NCBI GenBank assembly: GCA_963674745.2 | Contig: CAXXDV010000001.1 | Span: 864,001-928,000 of the forward strand | Length of the DNA: 64,000 bases | From: Desulfosudaceae bacterium | Lineage (GTDB): Bacteria; Desulfobacterota; Desulfobacteria; Desulfobacterales; Desulfosudaceae | Direction of reading: 5' to 3' | Shown here: positions 23,894-34,013 of the stretch, piece by piece | Numbering within the stretch: position 1 is the first letter of the stretch | Layout: every line of letters starts with the position of its first letter | Position numbers and translations under genes: made by a program | Notes under the pieces: model-generated | What the model was told of the DNA's origin: nothing | Database searches by the model: none | What the model saw: the letters and a program-made list of their open reading frames with translations, nothing else

Positions 23894-24571
23894 TCAGCCA
23901 TCCGACGCCTGTATCAAAATAGGACTATACCCATCCTTCCGTAACCGTTCAATAACCGGCTCGGCTTCTTCGCGACTGGTGAATTGTCCGCACCGCAACC
24001 GGTACCAGGTTTCGCCCCCTTCTCCGGTCACCTTTACAATATGGGGCGTATAGTTTTGCTCTTTCAGTTTTTGAAAAAACCGGTCGACATACGCTTCTTC
24101 TTTTAAGGCGGCCACCTGAATCGTAAAATTGAACTGCCCCTGATCAGGGGGTTGGTTTCCAGAGGACACCCGGACGGTTTTTTCAACGGCAGGGGCTTTA
24201 ACCGGATGTTCACCCACCGGCCTGTCGAGGACCGGCGGCGGCACGGGTTCCTGCCGGGGCGGCGCCTCGGGCTTTTCGGTATTCTGCACGGCGGGCTTCT
24301 TTTGGGTGTTTCCCTCTGCGGACGTCTTTTCAGCTGTTTTGACCGGTTTCGGGTTGACGGCCGGCCGGCTCTCCGATGCCGCCAAATAATCTCCGACCGT
24401 TTCATTCTCGCCAGGGACCGGAACCAGTCCCCGGCCGACGAAAATACCGAGAATAAAAAACCAGCCGCAGATAAAGACCAGCAGCGCCCCCCAGCCCAGA
24501 GCCTCGACCGGAGACAACGCCAGCATGAATCGCTTTTTCTTTATGGCCGGTGTTTTTCTGTTTTTTGCCAT
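23894..24571 (-). CDS. SPOR domain cell-division protein (FtsN/DedD-like)
   Basis: TM, Pro-rich linker, TIQVAA...WYRLRCGQF; downstream of argS. Confidence 0.88.
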   Translation of the reverse strand: MAKNRKTPAIKKKRFMLALSPVEALGWGALLVFICGWFFILGIFVGRGLVPVPGENETVGDYLAASESRPAVNPKPVKTAEKTSAEGNTQKKPAVQNTEKPEAPPRQEPVPPPVLDRPVGEHPVKAPAVEKTVRVSSGNQPPDQGQFNFTIQVAALKEEAYVDRFFQKLKEQNYTPHIVKVTGEGGETWYRLRCGQFTSREEAEPVIERLRKDGYSPILIQASDG

Positions 24572-24579
24572 ACCATATA

Positions 24580-26238
24580 TTACATGGATTCAGGCGCGGA
24601 AACCCCCAGCAGCGCGAGACCGTTTTTGATTATTTTTTTCACCGCGCAAACCAGGTACAGCCTGCCCATGCTCAGCTCGGGGTCATCGCCAAGCACTTTA
24701 TGCCGGTTATAATAAGCATGAAAACCTGCCGCCAGATCCATCAGATAAAATGTGATCCGATGCGGCTCCATCTGTGTTGCCGCGATCCGGACCACTTCCG
24801 GATACCGCGCCACCGCCTTGATCAGGTCGATCTCTTCGGGTTCAACCAGCCTGGCAACCGCTCGATTGTCGGGAGACACTTCCCCGATACCCATTTCCCC
24901 GGCTTTACGCAACATACTGGAAATTCTGGCATGAACATACTGCACATAATAGACGGGGTTGTCGTTGCTTTTCTTCTTGGCCAGTTCCAGGTCAAAATCA
25001 AGGGGACTGTCATAATGCCGGGAAAGGAAAATAAACCGGGCGGCATCAACGCCGACCTCTTCGAACACTTCGCGTAAAGTGACAAATGTTCCCGACCGGG
25101 TCGACATGGACACCGGCGACTTATCCCGCATCAGGTTCACCAGTTGCACCAGGATCACGTCAATGTCATCACTGCTCCGGCCCAGGGCCTGAACCGCCCC
25201 CTTGACCCGGGGGATATACCCGTGGTGGTCCGCACCCCAGATATCGATCAGGCGGTCAAATCCCCGGTCAAACTTGTTTTTATGATAAGCGATATCAGAG
25301 GCAAAATAAGTTGTTTCACCGTTGTTCCGGACAACCACCCGGTCTTTGACATCCCCGAAATCGGTTGACCTGAACCACAGGGCGCCGTCGGCTTCATAGG
25401 CGAACTGTTTTCCCCGGATCGTATCCAGGGCATCGGCCACCGCGTTGTTCTCAAACAACGCCTTTTCTGAAAACCAGCTGTCAAAACCGATACCGAAATC
25501 AGCCAGATCCCGGCGGATACCGTCCAGAATCTTTTCCCCGGCAAAAGCCGCGCAGGCGATTATCGCCGCCGTCTCATCCAGGCTGTCAAAGCCCGGCACG
25601 GCTGCGTCCACCTCCCGCGCCAGTTGCTGAATATAATCGCCCTGGTAGCAGTCCGCCGGGAAAACAACCGGCTCGCCCCGGAATTCGCGCCGGCGCAAAT
25701 AAACCGACCGGCCCAGTGTCATCATCTGGTTGCCGGCGTCATTGACGTAATATTCCTTTTCAACCTGCCAGCCGCAGAAAGCAAGGATGTTGGCCAGGCT
25801 GTCTCCGACGGCGGCACCCCGCCCGTGACCGACATGAAGCGGACCGGTGGGATTGGCGCTGACAAACTCGACCATGATCTTTTTGCCCTGACCCAGGTCG
25901 CAGGCGCCGAAATCCTGCCGGGTATGAACTGCTTCGAGCAACGGCAGCCAGGTCGCATTATTTAAAAAAAAATTGATAAAACCGGGCCCTGCGATTTCAG
26001 CCTTATCAATAAGATTGTCTTTGTCATTGATATGGCGGATAAGAATTTCCGCCACAGCCCGTGGTGCCATTTTATAAACCGAGGCGCCTGTCATGGCGAA
26101 ATTGGTGGCAAAGTCTCCGTGTGTTTTGATTCTTGGTTCTTCGACCTCGAACACGGGCAGCGCATCGGACGGCAGGTTTCCGCTGCCATGAGCCGCCCTG
26201 GCCGCATCCTTGATGAGGGCTCTGATCGTTTCTTTCAT
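24580..26238 (-). CDS. argS: Arginine--tRNA ligase
   Basis: EFVSANPTGPLHVGH, GADHHGY, MSTRSG, YVQYVHARI. Confidence 0.98.
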   Translation of the reverse strand: MKETIRALIKDAARAAHGSGNLPSDALPVFEVEEPRIKTHGDFATNFAMTGASVYKMAPRAVAEILIRHINDKDNLIDKAEIAGPGFINFFLNNATWLPLLEAVHTRQDFGACDLGQGKKIMVEFVSANPTGPLHVGHGRGAAVGDSLANILAFCGWQVEKEYYVNDAGNQMMTLGRSVYLRRREFRGEPVVFPADCYQGDYIQQLAREVDAAVPGFDSLDETAAIIACAAFAGEKILDGIRRDLADFGIGFDSWFSEKALFENNAVADALDTIRGKQFAYEADGALWFRSTDFGDVKDRVVVRNNGETTYFASDIAYHKNKFDRGFDRLIDIWGADHHGYIPRVKGAVQALGRSSDDIDVILVQLVNLMRDKSPVSMSTRSGTFVTLREVFEEVGVDAARFIFLSRHYDSPLDFDLELAKKKSNDNPVYYVQYVHARISSMLRKAGEMGIGEVSPDNRAVARLVEPEEIDLIKAVARYPEVVRIAATQMEPHRITFYLMDLAAGFHAYYNRHKVLGDDPELSMGRLYLVCAVKKIIKNGLALLGVSAPESM

Positions 26239-26256
26239 CTTTTTGAAATATCCCGG

Positions 26257-26673
26257 TTATTCGTCTTCTTCGTCGTCATCATCATCGGGCAGGTCATCGT
26301 CACCGGTGAGGATCTCATCCAGATCATCAATGTCTTCATCATCATCGAGATCGTCTACTTCAACGTCGAGTTCTTCATTCATTACCCTTACATCATCCAC
26401 GATCACCTCAACCGAGCTTTTTTCCTTGTCATTGACCAATTCTTCAATGGCGACGGCGAGTTTTTCCGCGGTAACAGCCGGCGGAAAAAAGTTGTGAGAC
26501 CTGATCGCCTTGACCACGGCGGCTGGACCGGCTTTTACAGCCTTGCTGATATCGGTCAATTTGTAGATCTGATCGGACAACGGGGAAAATTCATTGGAGG
26601 CCAATTCAACAAATTCACTGATAATAATATTGGTTTTGGTGTCGTCTTTAACAACAAGATACTTTTGATTCAT
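26257..26673 (-). CDS. Hypothetical protein with very acidic C-terminal tail
   Basis: AGGGAG RBS; D/E-rich tail; co-oriented with argS. Confidence 0.75.
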   Translation of the reverse strand: MNQKYLVVKDDTKTNIIISEFVELASNEFSPLSDQIYKLTDISKAVKAGPAAVVKAIRSHNFFPPAVTAEKLAVAIEELVNDKEKSSVEVIVDDVRVMNEELDVEVDDLDDDEDIDDLDEILTGDDDLPDDDDDEEDE

Positions 26674-26829
26674 CTGCCTGTCTCCCTGATGACGTTATAA
26701 ATACTCGTCGGGTTAATAAATTCCTTGTCTGTTTTGCGCCAATCCGAGTTTTTCCCGGATGGGCACTAACTTAATGTGATAACAAAAAAAATCAAGATTA
26801 AAACGAAAATGCCGGCCGAAAAAGGCTTT

Positions 26830-28278
26830 TTATTTTTTCCAGAACTCGGGTACCAGAAGAATGATTATGGTATAAATTTCCAGCCGGCCGAGCAGCATGC
26901 ACCAGGCCAGCAGCCATTTACCGGCCACCGGAAGGGCGGCGAAATTATCCAGCGGCCCGACTGCCCCGAACCCCGGGCCGATATTGCCGAGGCATGCCGC
27001 CACGGATGAAATCGATGTTACGGCATCAACACCCATTGCGGCCATAACCATGGAACAGACGACAAACAAGAGAACATAAAGGCAGAGAAAGCCCATGATG
27101 CTTCTCATGACCTCTTCGGGAATGGCCTTACCGGCCAACTTGACATGGGTGACCGCCTTGGGGTGGACCAGACAAAAAAGCTCCTTATAACAATATTTTA
27201 TACCCAGAAAAATACGGACGCATTTCATCCCGCCGCCGGTGGAACCGGCGGAAGCGCCGATGAACATACAGACAAAAAGGATCAACTGGGACAGTGCCGG
27301 CCATGTTTCATAATCGGCCGTAGCAAATCCGGTGGTGGTAATAATGGAAACCACCTGAAAGGCGCTGTACCGTATCGTGCTGCCGATGGTTTGATAAACG
27401 GACCCGTAAAGATCCCAACTGACAATACCGATCAGTAAGGCTACCAGGAACAGAAAAAAACGGCATTCCGTGTCTTTCCAGAAAGCCATGGGTTTGGCCC
27501 TTAACATCTGATAATGGAGGGAAAAATTAATCCCCGCAAACAGCATAAACAAAACCACCACCCAGTCCACATAAGCACTTCCATAGGCCGCAATGGACAG
27601 GTTGCGGGTTGAAAACCCGCCGGTGGGCATGGTGGTAAAGGTATGGCACAGCGCGTCAAACAGGCTCAGACCGCAAAGTTTCAACAATAAAAGTTCACAT
27701 ACGGAAAAAAGGATGTATACCTTCCAGAGTGTCTTGGCGGTTTCCCGGACGCGCGGCTGAAGCTTGTCCGGAACCGGGCTGGGCACCTCCGCGATATAAA
27801 GCTGCATCCCACCGACACCGAGCAGGGGGAGAATCGCCAGCGACAGCACAATAATCCCCATACCGCCCAGCCATTGAATAAAGCTCCGCCAGAGCAGAAA
27901 CCCGGGAGCGACGTCTTCGATGGCACTCAATACCGACGCGCCGGTGGTCGTAAAGCCGGAAACCGATTCAAAAACCGCGTCTGTAAAAGACGGCAGCACC
28001 CCGCCGAAATAAAACGGCAGCGCTCCGGCGAACCCGGCTGCCAGCCAGCAAATCGCCACCGCTACCATTGCCTCCCGTTTATCGATAGCGTCATCAGCGG
28101 ACGACCTGTTGGCAAGGACCAGTAAGGCACCACACCCCAGGGTCACCACCATGGAATAAAGAAACGGCTTTAAACTGCCGTCTGAAAGCCCCCATCCCAC
28201 CGCCAGGGGCAGAATCATGCTGAGCCCCAGAAAAAAAATCAAATACCCGGTAATATTTAATATCGTTTTCCAGCTCAT
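26830..28278 (-). CDS. trkH: Trk potassium uptake membrane subunit
   Basis: SGFTTTG, PTGGF, TTTGF, GNIGPG pore loops. Confidence 0.96.
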   Translation of the reverse strand: MSWKTILNITGYLIFFLGLSMILPLAVGWGLSDGSLKPFLYSMVVTLGCGALLVLANRSSADDAIDKREAMVAVAICWLAAGFAGALPFYFGGVLPSFTDAVFESVSGFTTTGASVLSAIEDVAPGFLLWRSFIQWLGGMGIIVLSLAILPLLGVGGMQLYIAEVPSPVPDKLQPRVRETAKTLWKVYILFSVCELLLLKLCGLSLFDALCHTFTTMPTGGFSTRNLSIAAYGSAYVDWVVVLFMLFAGINFSLHYQMLRAKPMAFWKDTECRFFLFLVALLIGIVSWDLYGSVYQTIGSTIRYSAFQVVSIITTTGFATADYETWPALSQLILFVCMFIGASAGSTGGGMKCVRIFLGIKYCYKELFCLVHPKAVTHVKLAGKAIPEEVMRSIMGFLCLYVLLFVVCSMVMAAMGVDAVTSISSVAACLGNIGPGFGAVGPLDNFAALPVAGKWLLAWCMLLGRLEIYTIIILLVPEFWKK

Positions 28279-29642
28279 TAAATAAACTCTAGCTTGACGG
28301 CCAGCATTTTTTCCACCTTGGGGATGGCATGTTTCTGGGCAAAAATGACGACCCGGTCTTCCGGATTGATGATCGATTCACCGGAAGGAATAATGATTTC
28401 TTCACCCCGGATAATCCCGATAACCAGGGAATCCTTGGGCATGGCGATTTTTCTCAAAGGCGTACCGACCAGATCTGAAGTAGACAGCGCCTCGGCCTCC
28501 AGGATCTCGGCCTGCTCCTCTTTTAAAGAAATGGCGGACAGGACCTTGCCTTTGCGGATATGCTGCAGAATCGAGTTGATCGCCGAAAGCCTGGGGCTGA
28601 CGACCTGCTCCACGCCGATGGTGGACATCAGGGGTATATAGTTGAATTTTGAAATCTTGGTGACCGTGTTGGCCGCACCCATTCGCTTGGCCAGCAGTGA
28701 AATCAGAATATTGGTCTGTTCGTCATTGGTCAGGCTGACCACAACATCCATGTTTTCAATATGCTCTTCGGCCAGAAGTTCCTGGTCGGACCCGTCCCCC
28801 TGGAGGACCACTGTTTTATTGACTTCCTCGGCCAGCCTGGCACACCGGACAGGATCGGAATCAATGATTTTGGCTTTTATATCAGTGGCCTCAAATCGTT
28901 TGGCCATCCGCAGGCCCAGCCTGCCGCCGCCCACGATCAGGGCCCGTTTGACCGGTTGGGCGGTTTTACCAAAGGCTTTAAGCGAACGGCCCAGGGTTTC
29001 TTTTTCGCTGATAAAATAGACGATATCATTGGCCATCAAGCGGGTATTGCCCCGGGGAACAATCATTTTCTCACTGCGAACAATCGCGGCCACAAGAAAA
29101 AGCCGGCCCCCGGACCGGGCCGACAAATCAGACAGCTTCTGCCGGACGTAGGGAGAGTCCTCGGCCAACCGGACACCGACCAGTTTCAGTCTGCCTTCGG
29201 CCAGATCCACGACTTCAGAAGCACCGGGGACATTGATCAACCTTTCGATCGTGTTGACGACTTCGATCTCCGGATTAATAATCGTATCAATATAAGGGGG
29301 CTGTTCTTTAAACATACTGTGGTAATTATCAAAGTCCGCGTTCCGGATACGTGCCAGCTTCTTGGTGGAAGGCGAAAGGATATTGGCCATCAGGCAGGCG
29401 ACAAGGTTGGTCTCATCACTGTCGGTTACCGCCAGAACGATTTCGGCTTCTTTGATGCCAGCGCCATGCAATACGGTCGGACTGCTGCCCGACCCCATAA
29501 CCGTCTGAACATCTGTATGGTCAGCCACCCGGCGCAGTGATGCCTGATCCCGGTCAATCACCACCACATCTTTATTTTCAATAGACAGCCGGCTGGCAAT
29601 ATGGAAGCCCACCTCACCGGCGCCGATAATTAACACTTTCAA
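28278..29642 (-). CDS. trkA: Trk potassium uptake NAD-binding subunit
   Basis: Two RCK modules (GAGEVG, GGGRLG); coupled to trkH. Confidence 0.96.
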   Translation of the reverse strand: MKVLIIGAGEVGFHIASRLSIENKDVVVIDRDQASLRRVADHTDVQTVMGSGSSPTVLHGAGIKEAEIVLAVTDSDETNLVACLMANILSPSTKKLARIRNADFDNYHSMFKEQPPYIDTIINPEIEVVNTIERLINVPGASEVVDLAEGRLKLVGVRLAEDSPYVRQKLSDLSARSGGRLFLVAAIVRSEKMIVPRGNTRLMANDIVYFISEKETLGRSLKAFGKTAQPVKRALIVGGGRLGLRMAKRFEATDIKAKIIDSDPVRCARLAEEVNKTVVLQGDGSDQELLAEEHIENMDVVVSLTNDEQTNILISLLAKRMGAANTVTKISKFNYIPLMSTIGVEQVVSPRLSAINSILQHIRKGKVLSAISLKEEQAEILEAEALSTSDLVGTPLRKIAMPKDSLVIGIIRGEEIIIPSGESIINPEDRVVIFAQKHAIPKVEKMLAVKLEFI

Positions 29643-29869
29643 TTAAATCTCCTCTCGGCTGATATCCGCCGAATTTTTATCTTAATATCATAACTGCATC
29701 CATCCACAAACGCAAATTACCGCCATCACCCGGCCGCGGATGGCGGGTGTCATCCTGATTTCCGTGTCAAAGGATGAAAAGGCCCCATCCCGGGAAATAC
29801 CGCTTGATATTTTCAGCAGTTATACTGTAAACATATTTAAATTATAAATAATATGGAGAAAACAACAAG

Positions 29870-31099
29870 GTGTCGGAAAAAAAGTACCAGGTCCTTTTTT
29901 ATGGCGAGATATTACCGGGCTCGGATATTGAAACAGTAAAGAACAACCTGGCTGAAATTTTCAATGTTGATAAAAAAAAGATTGAGGGCCTGTTTTCCGG
30001 TGGAAAAAAAGTTGTCAAAAAAAATTCGTCACGTGACGTGTGTGAAAAAACCAAAAAAGTATTCGCGTCCGCCGGAGCGGTCGCGTCAGTCGTTCCCCAG
30101 GGGGACCGATCAGCACCACCACCGGTAAGGAAAGAACCCGCCCCCGGAGAAAAGCCCCCGGCCAGGGCTGCAACCCCGCCCCCGATACCCGATAACGTCC
30201 CTGGCAAACGACCTGACAGCACCAGTGCCGAGAAGAATATCAATAAGACCGTACTGCTGCTGCTGACTTTTTTTCTGGGGGGGTTCGGTGTTCACAAGTT
30301 TTACCTGGCTAAAAACATCCAGGGGATTTTTTATTTTCTGCTCTCCTGGACCTTTATCCCGTTGCTTTTTTCTGTGGTTGACTTTCTGATATACCTCTTT
30401 ACAGATGAAGAAAAACTAAACGGCAAATACCGGGCCGGCGCAACCCCCCTGGTCATCATAATGGCGGTATGCGGGCCATTTGTCTTTATCATCGCACTGA
30501 GCACGGTCATGGCCATCGCCTTTCCCATTTTTCTGCTCTCCGATACGGGACAGAAGACGCTTGCACCGATCATGGAAAAAGCGTTTTCACAATCGCTTGA
30601 ATTCGAAGTGTCCGAAAACGCTACCGGAACCATGCCGGCGCCTTCTTCGAAAATGGCGATGAAACAATCCGGTTTTGCTGAAGAAACCGCAGCATTAAAA
30701 GCCGGGGGCACCTGTTCCGGAAAAATCCATGGGCAGCCTTTTTCAGTTGATAATGCCTATATTCAAAATGGTATTTTACATCTGGGACAGGGTACCGGCT
30801 TTTTTGCGGACCAGGAGATGGTTATTTTCATGTTTCTGAAGGACAATGACGTTTCCAGCCAACGCTTCCATGTCTCGGCAAACGATGATGGTTTTAACCA
30901 TCCCCATATCCACTTAAAATGGCAGTCCGGCGACGAGCCTGGACCCCAGACCGAAGTCGCCATGAAAGGATATGACCTGGACATCGAATTCGGGCAGGTT
31001 GTCGGCAAGACCGTTCAGGGCAAAATTGACCTGAACATACCCGGAGGCAAGGAGACCTGCCTGGCAGGGACATTTACTGCCGAAATCAGCGACGAATAA
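29870..31099 (+). CDS. TM2/NINE-domain membrane protein with soluble C-terminal domain
   Basis: LLLTFFLGGFGVHKFYL motif; Pro-rich linker; GGAGA RBS. Confidence 0.75.
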   Translation: MSEKKYQVLFYGEILPGSDIETVKNNLAEIFNVDKKKIEGLFSGGKKVVKKNSSRDVCEKTKKVFASAGAVASVVPQGDRSAPPPVRKEPAPGEKPPARAATPPPIPDNVPGKRPDSTSAEKNINKTVLLLLTFFLGGFGVHKFYLAKNIQGIFYFLLSWTFIPLLFSVVDFLIYLFTDEEKLNGKYRAGATPLVIIMAVCGPFVFIIALSTVMAIAFPIFLLSDTGQKTLAPIMEKAFSQSLEFEVSENATGTMPAPSSKMAMKQSGFAEETAALKAGGTCSGKIHGQPFSVDNAYIQNGILHLGQGTGFFADQEMVIFMFLKDNDVSSQRFHVSANDDGFNHPHIHLKWQSGDEPGPQTEVAMKGYDLDIEFGQVVGKTVQGKIDLNIPGGKETCLAGTFTAEISDE

Positions 31100-31117
31100 C
31101 GTATAAAGCAAACCACT

Positions 31118-32524
31118 GTGGCACAAAAAAACAAAAAAACGACCGGCGGCGAAAAAAACAGCAACCGCGCGGATCAATCCCGCAAACGGATTCTGGCCGC
31201 CGCCAGAGCGGTGTTTGCCCAGTACCCCTATGGCGCTGCCGGTGTTCGAAAAATTGAAGAAGAAGGCGGTTTTAACTATGCCCTTATCCGGTATTATTTC
31301 GGCTCTAAAAAAGGGCTCTTTGAAGCGGTTTCATTTGATTTAATTAACGAATATATCCATCACATTCTGCCCGGCATAAAAACGTCGCTGGAGAACACCG
31401 CCCCCGAGACGGCGCTGCCCCGGTTTGTCAATGAAATGTTTGATTTTGCCTTTGACCACCCGGACGGCCCGACCACCGTGATGCTCAATATCGGCCAGAC
31501 CGAGCTGTTTGAAGACACCCTGCTCGGTCTTTCAGCCATGCGGCGTTATTTTACGCAAGTCACAAAAATCTTTAAGGCATCTATCCCGTTTGACGTCTCC
31601 GACCAGGAAGTCACCATGTGGGTTTTTGCTTTTACTGCCCTGACAGTGAACTTCGTCGGTGCCAGGGCCTTTCATGCCGCGGCGCTCAGCATGGACCCGG
31701 AAAGTGATGAATACCGGCAATGGGTCAAACAGGCCATACTGACCGTGTTCACGCCGGTATTGGAACGGTTTTTATACGGTCAGGGCGTTGACCCGGAAAT
31801 TGTTCTTTCCGAGGAGGCCAGGGCCTACTTCCCGGAGGCCCCGGCCCCGAACCCGACGTCCCAAAAGAAAAAAACCAAAGGTGACATGACCCGCGAGAAG
31901 ATTCTCGATGCGGCTCAATCTGTTTTCAGCAAACGGCCATACAACACGGCCAGTATCAGGCAGATCGGGCAGGCGGGCGGATTTGATTTTACCATCATTC
32001 ACCATTATTTCCCGACCAAGAAAGAGCTGTCTGAAGCCGTGAGCATTCGTTTTTACACTGACTTTTTTAAGCAATCGGCTTTATGGCTGGCCGTGATCCC
32101 GGACGGGCCCCACAACCGGATATCGCTTTCCGATGGCCTGTCCCTTTATATCAACAGCCTTCTTGAATACTTGTTCGCGCATCACCATGGCCCGGCCATT
32201 ATCATGCAGAACATGGCCCAACCGGATCCGGGCCTGACGTTGCCGGCTTTTGAGTTTACCTTGCGTTTTTACAATGATATCGCCAACCGTTTAAAACAAT
32301 TATTGCCCCTCAAGGCGGGGGAAAAAGAAATCCGCATGTGGCAGTACTGCCTGGTCACGCTGATATCGACCTGCGTGGGCGGGCCGGATTATCCGGCCCG
32401 CATCATCGGCCTGTCCCCAAAAGGAAGTCAATACCGGCAGTGGGTGTTTTCAACGCTGATATTTCTGTTTTACCCCGGATTGAAAAAAATGATAACCCGG
32501 ACATCCGATCCGGATATTGACTGA
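31118..32524 (+). CDS. Tandem (double) TetR-family regulator
   Basis: Two HTH units: RILAAA...IRYYFGSKKGL and KILDAA...IHHYFPTKKEL. Confidence 0.88.
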   Translation: MAQKNKKTTGGEKNSNRADQSRKRILAAARAVFAQYPYGAAGVRKIEEEGGFNYALIRYYFGSKKGLFEAVSFDLINEYIHHILPGIKTSLENTAPETALPRFVNEMFDFAFDHPDGPTTVMLNIGQTELFEDTLLGLSAMRRYFTQVTKIFKASIPFDVSDQEVTMWVFAFTALTVNFVGARAFHAAALSMDPESDEYRQWVKQAILTVFTPVLERFLYGQGVDPEIVLSEEARAYFPEAPAPNPTSQKKKTKGDMTREKILDAAQSVFSKRPYNTASIRQIGQAGGFDFTIIHHYFPTKKELSEAVSIRFYTDFFKQSALWLAVIPDGPHNRISLSDGLSLYINSLLEYLFAHHHGPAIIMQNMAQPDPGLTLPAFEFTLRFYNDIANRLKQLLPLKAGEKEIRMWQYCLVTLISTCVGGPDYPARIIGLSPKGSQYRQWVFSTLIFLFYPGLKKMITRTSDPDID

Positions 32525-32576
32525 CACCCTGCAGGACAGCAGAAGCGCGCCTGCAACCCCGGGGAGGCCCATTGAT

Positions 32577-32912
32577 TTATATTGCCATAAAACCCAGGGC
32601 CAGCATCGTCAGCATCGCCGCGCTGATGTAAAATGATCGATAATTCAACGCTTTTTCCAGTTCCTGTTTCCAGAAAAACCCTTTTCCCATGGCCGCCCGG
32701 ACGGCTTTTAAAGAAGGCCATAAGGGGGTTTCAGACACGGATTGATAGGGCCTTTGCTTTACATCACTTCTTTCATTTTCGACCATCAGCAGTTTCAGGT
32801 CCTCACCGCCCCGGTGGGATGATGAGACGAAAAGGTTTTCCCCGACTGCACACGGGTTAAGCATCTGTAAAAACGGGCCTGTATTTCCATTGAATTGTGC
32901 CTGTGTCATCAT
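32577..32912 (-). CDS. Hypothetical protein with C-terminal TM helix
   Basis: AGGAGG RBS and ATGA overlap with the upstream MerR stop. Confidence 0.55.
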   Translation of the reverse strand: MMTQAQFNGNTGPFLQMLNPCAVGENLFVSSSHRGGEDLKLLMVENERSDVKQRPYQSVSETPLWPSLKAVRAAMGKGFFWKQELEKALNYRSFYISAAMLTMLALGFMAI

Positions 32913-33688
32913 GATTTTTTCCTCCTGCTGCATTTTGGTTTCCGCAATCCGGTCTCTGTCTTTACTGGTTCTTCGACTTTCGCGGGTTCTTCTTTGGACG
33001 GCACTTCTTTTTCCAGCTTTGCGAAAAACATTGATATTTCTTTTCCCCTCTGCCTCAACAGCCGCCGCCAGCGTTCGATTCCTTTTTCCAGAAGCTTGAT
33101 TTTGTTGTTCAAATAATCCATCTGCGCTTTCATCTGCGGCAACCGGCCGCCCATTTCCGCCAGGCTGTTACGCTCTTTGTCCTTTTTGAACGAAAGGTAG
33201 TCCCGGACCAGCTCGGCCAGCACCTTGATTTCATCCAGCGTGTATCCGAACAGCTGCAGATCCTGAATGTACTGGCAAACCTTGACATAGGATTCGGGAT
33301 AAAGGCGAAAGCCGCCCGGCGTATAACTTTCCGGCTCGATGATGCCTTTTTCTTCCCAGTGCTTGATGGTTCTTGGATTGGAGTCGATCCGTTTAGCCAA
33401 CTCACCGACGGTCAACAGCGGCATGCCTGATGCGTGGCGTTTGGCCCCTTTGCTCGGTATACCGACTTTTCGGCGGATCCGGATGACCTCATCAAGTGAA
33501 TAACCGATATCCAGCAGCTTGAAAATCGTATCGGCGGCCTCAAGCCCGCTCTGGTCAAAATACGGCGTATCACCATCCACCCGGCCGGCCGGCACAAGCA
33601 CCTGGGCTTCAACCAGCTTATCCAGCACAGCCTTCTCAATACCGGTCTTACTAATGAACTCTTCCTGATTGTAAATGTGCTCGACCAT
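32909..33688 (-). CDS. MerR-family regulator with two HTH domains
   Basis: LTVGELAK...TIKHWEEKGII...GGFRLY plus an N-terminal MerR-like domain. Confidence 0.88.
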   Translation of the reverse strand: MVEHIYNQEEFISKTGIEKAVLDKLVEAQVLVPAGRVDGDTPYFDQSGLEAADTIFKLLDIGYSLDEVIRIRRKVGIPSKGAKRHASGMPLLTVGELAKRIDSNPRTIKHWEEKGIIEPESYTPGGFRLYPESYVKVCQYIQDLQLFGYTLDEIKVLAELVRDYLSFKKDKERNSLAEMGGRLPQMKAQMDYLNNKIKLLEKGIERWRRLLRQRGKEISMFFAKLEKEVPSKEEPAKVEEPVKTETGLRKPKCSRRKKS

Positions 33689-33690
33689 AA

Positions 33691-33970
33691 AAACCTTCGT
33701 CTACGTATGTTTTTATTTAAAAGTATACCTAAACGTATAGTTACTATTTTTGCCTGTGTCAAGTTTTTTTTGAAATTATGATAAAAGCACTTCTTTTAAA
33801 CTTAAAAAATGCGCCGCAGATCCCCGGGTGCAGCCAACAAACACCTTGACATGAAAGGGCCGCAGGGTTATTGTACATTTGTATAAATTGGGGCAAAACA
33901 ACTCTTTAAAAATTTTCGGCTGTTGTGTCAGGGCACGGGTACCGGATGTCCGGACATTCACGTTTATAAT
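33691..33970. promoter_or_regulatory. Divergent promoter region with repeated ACnT-nn-ACGT-like boxes
   Basis: TTGACA-17-TATTGT on + (33846); TTGACA on -; dyad TATACCTAAACGTATA at 33724-33739. Confidence 0.5.
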
Positions 33971-34013
33971 AACCCGCGATTTTGATTGATCACATCCAGG
34001 AGAGACGCCACCC

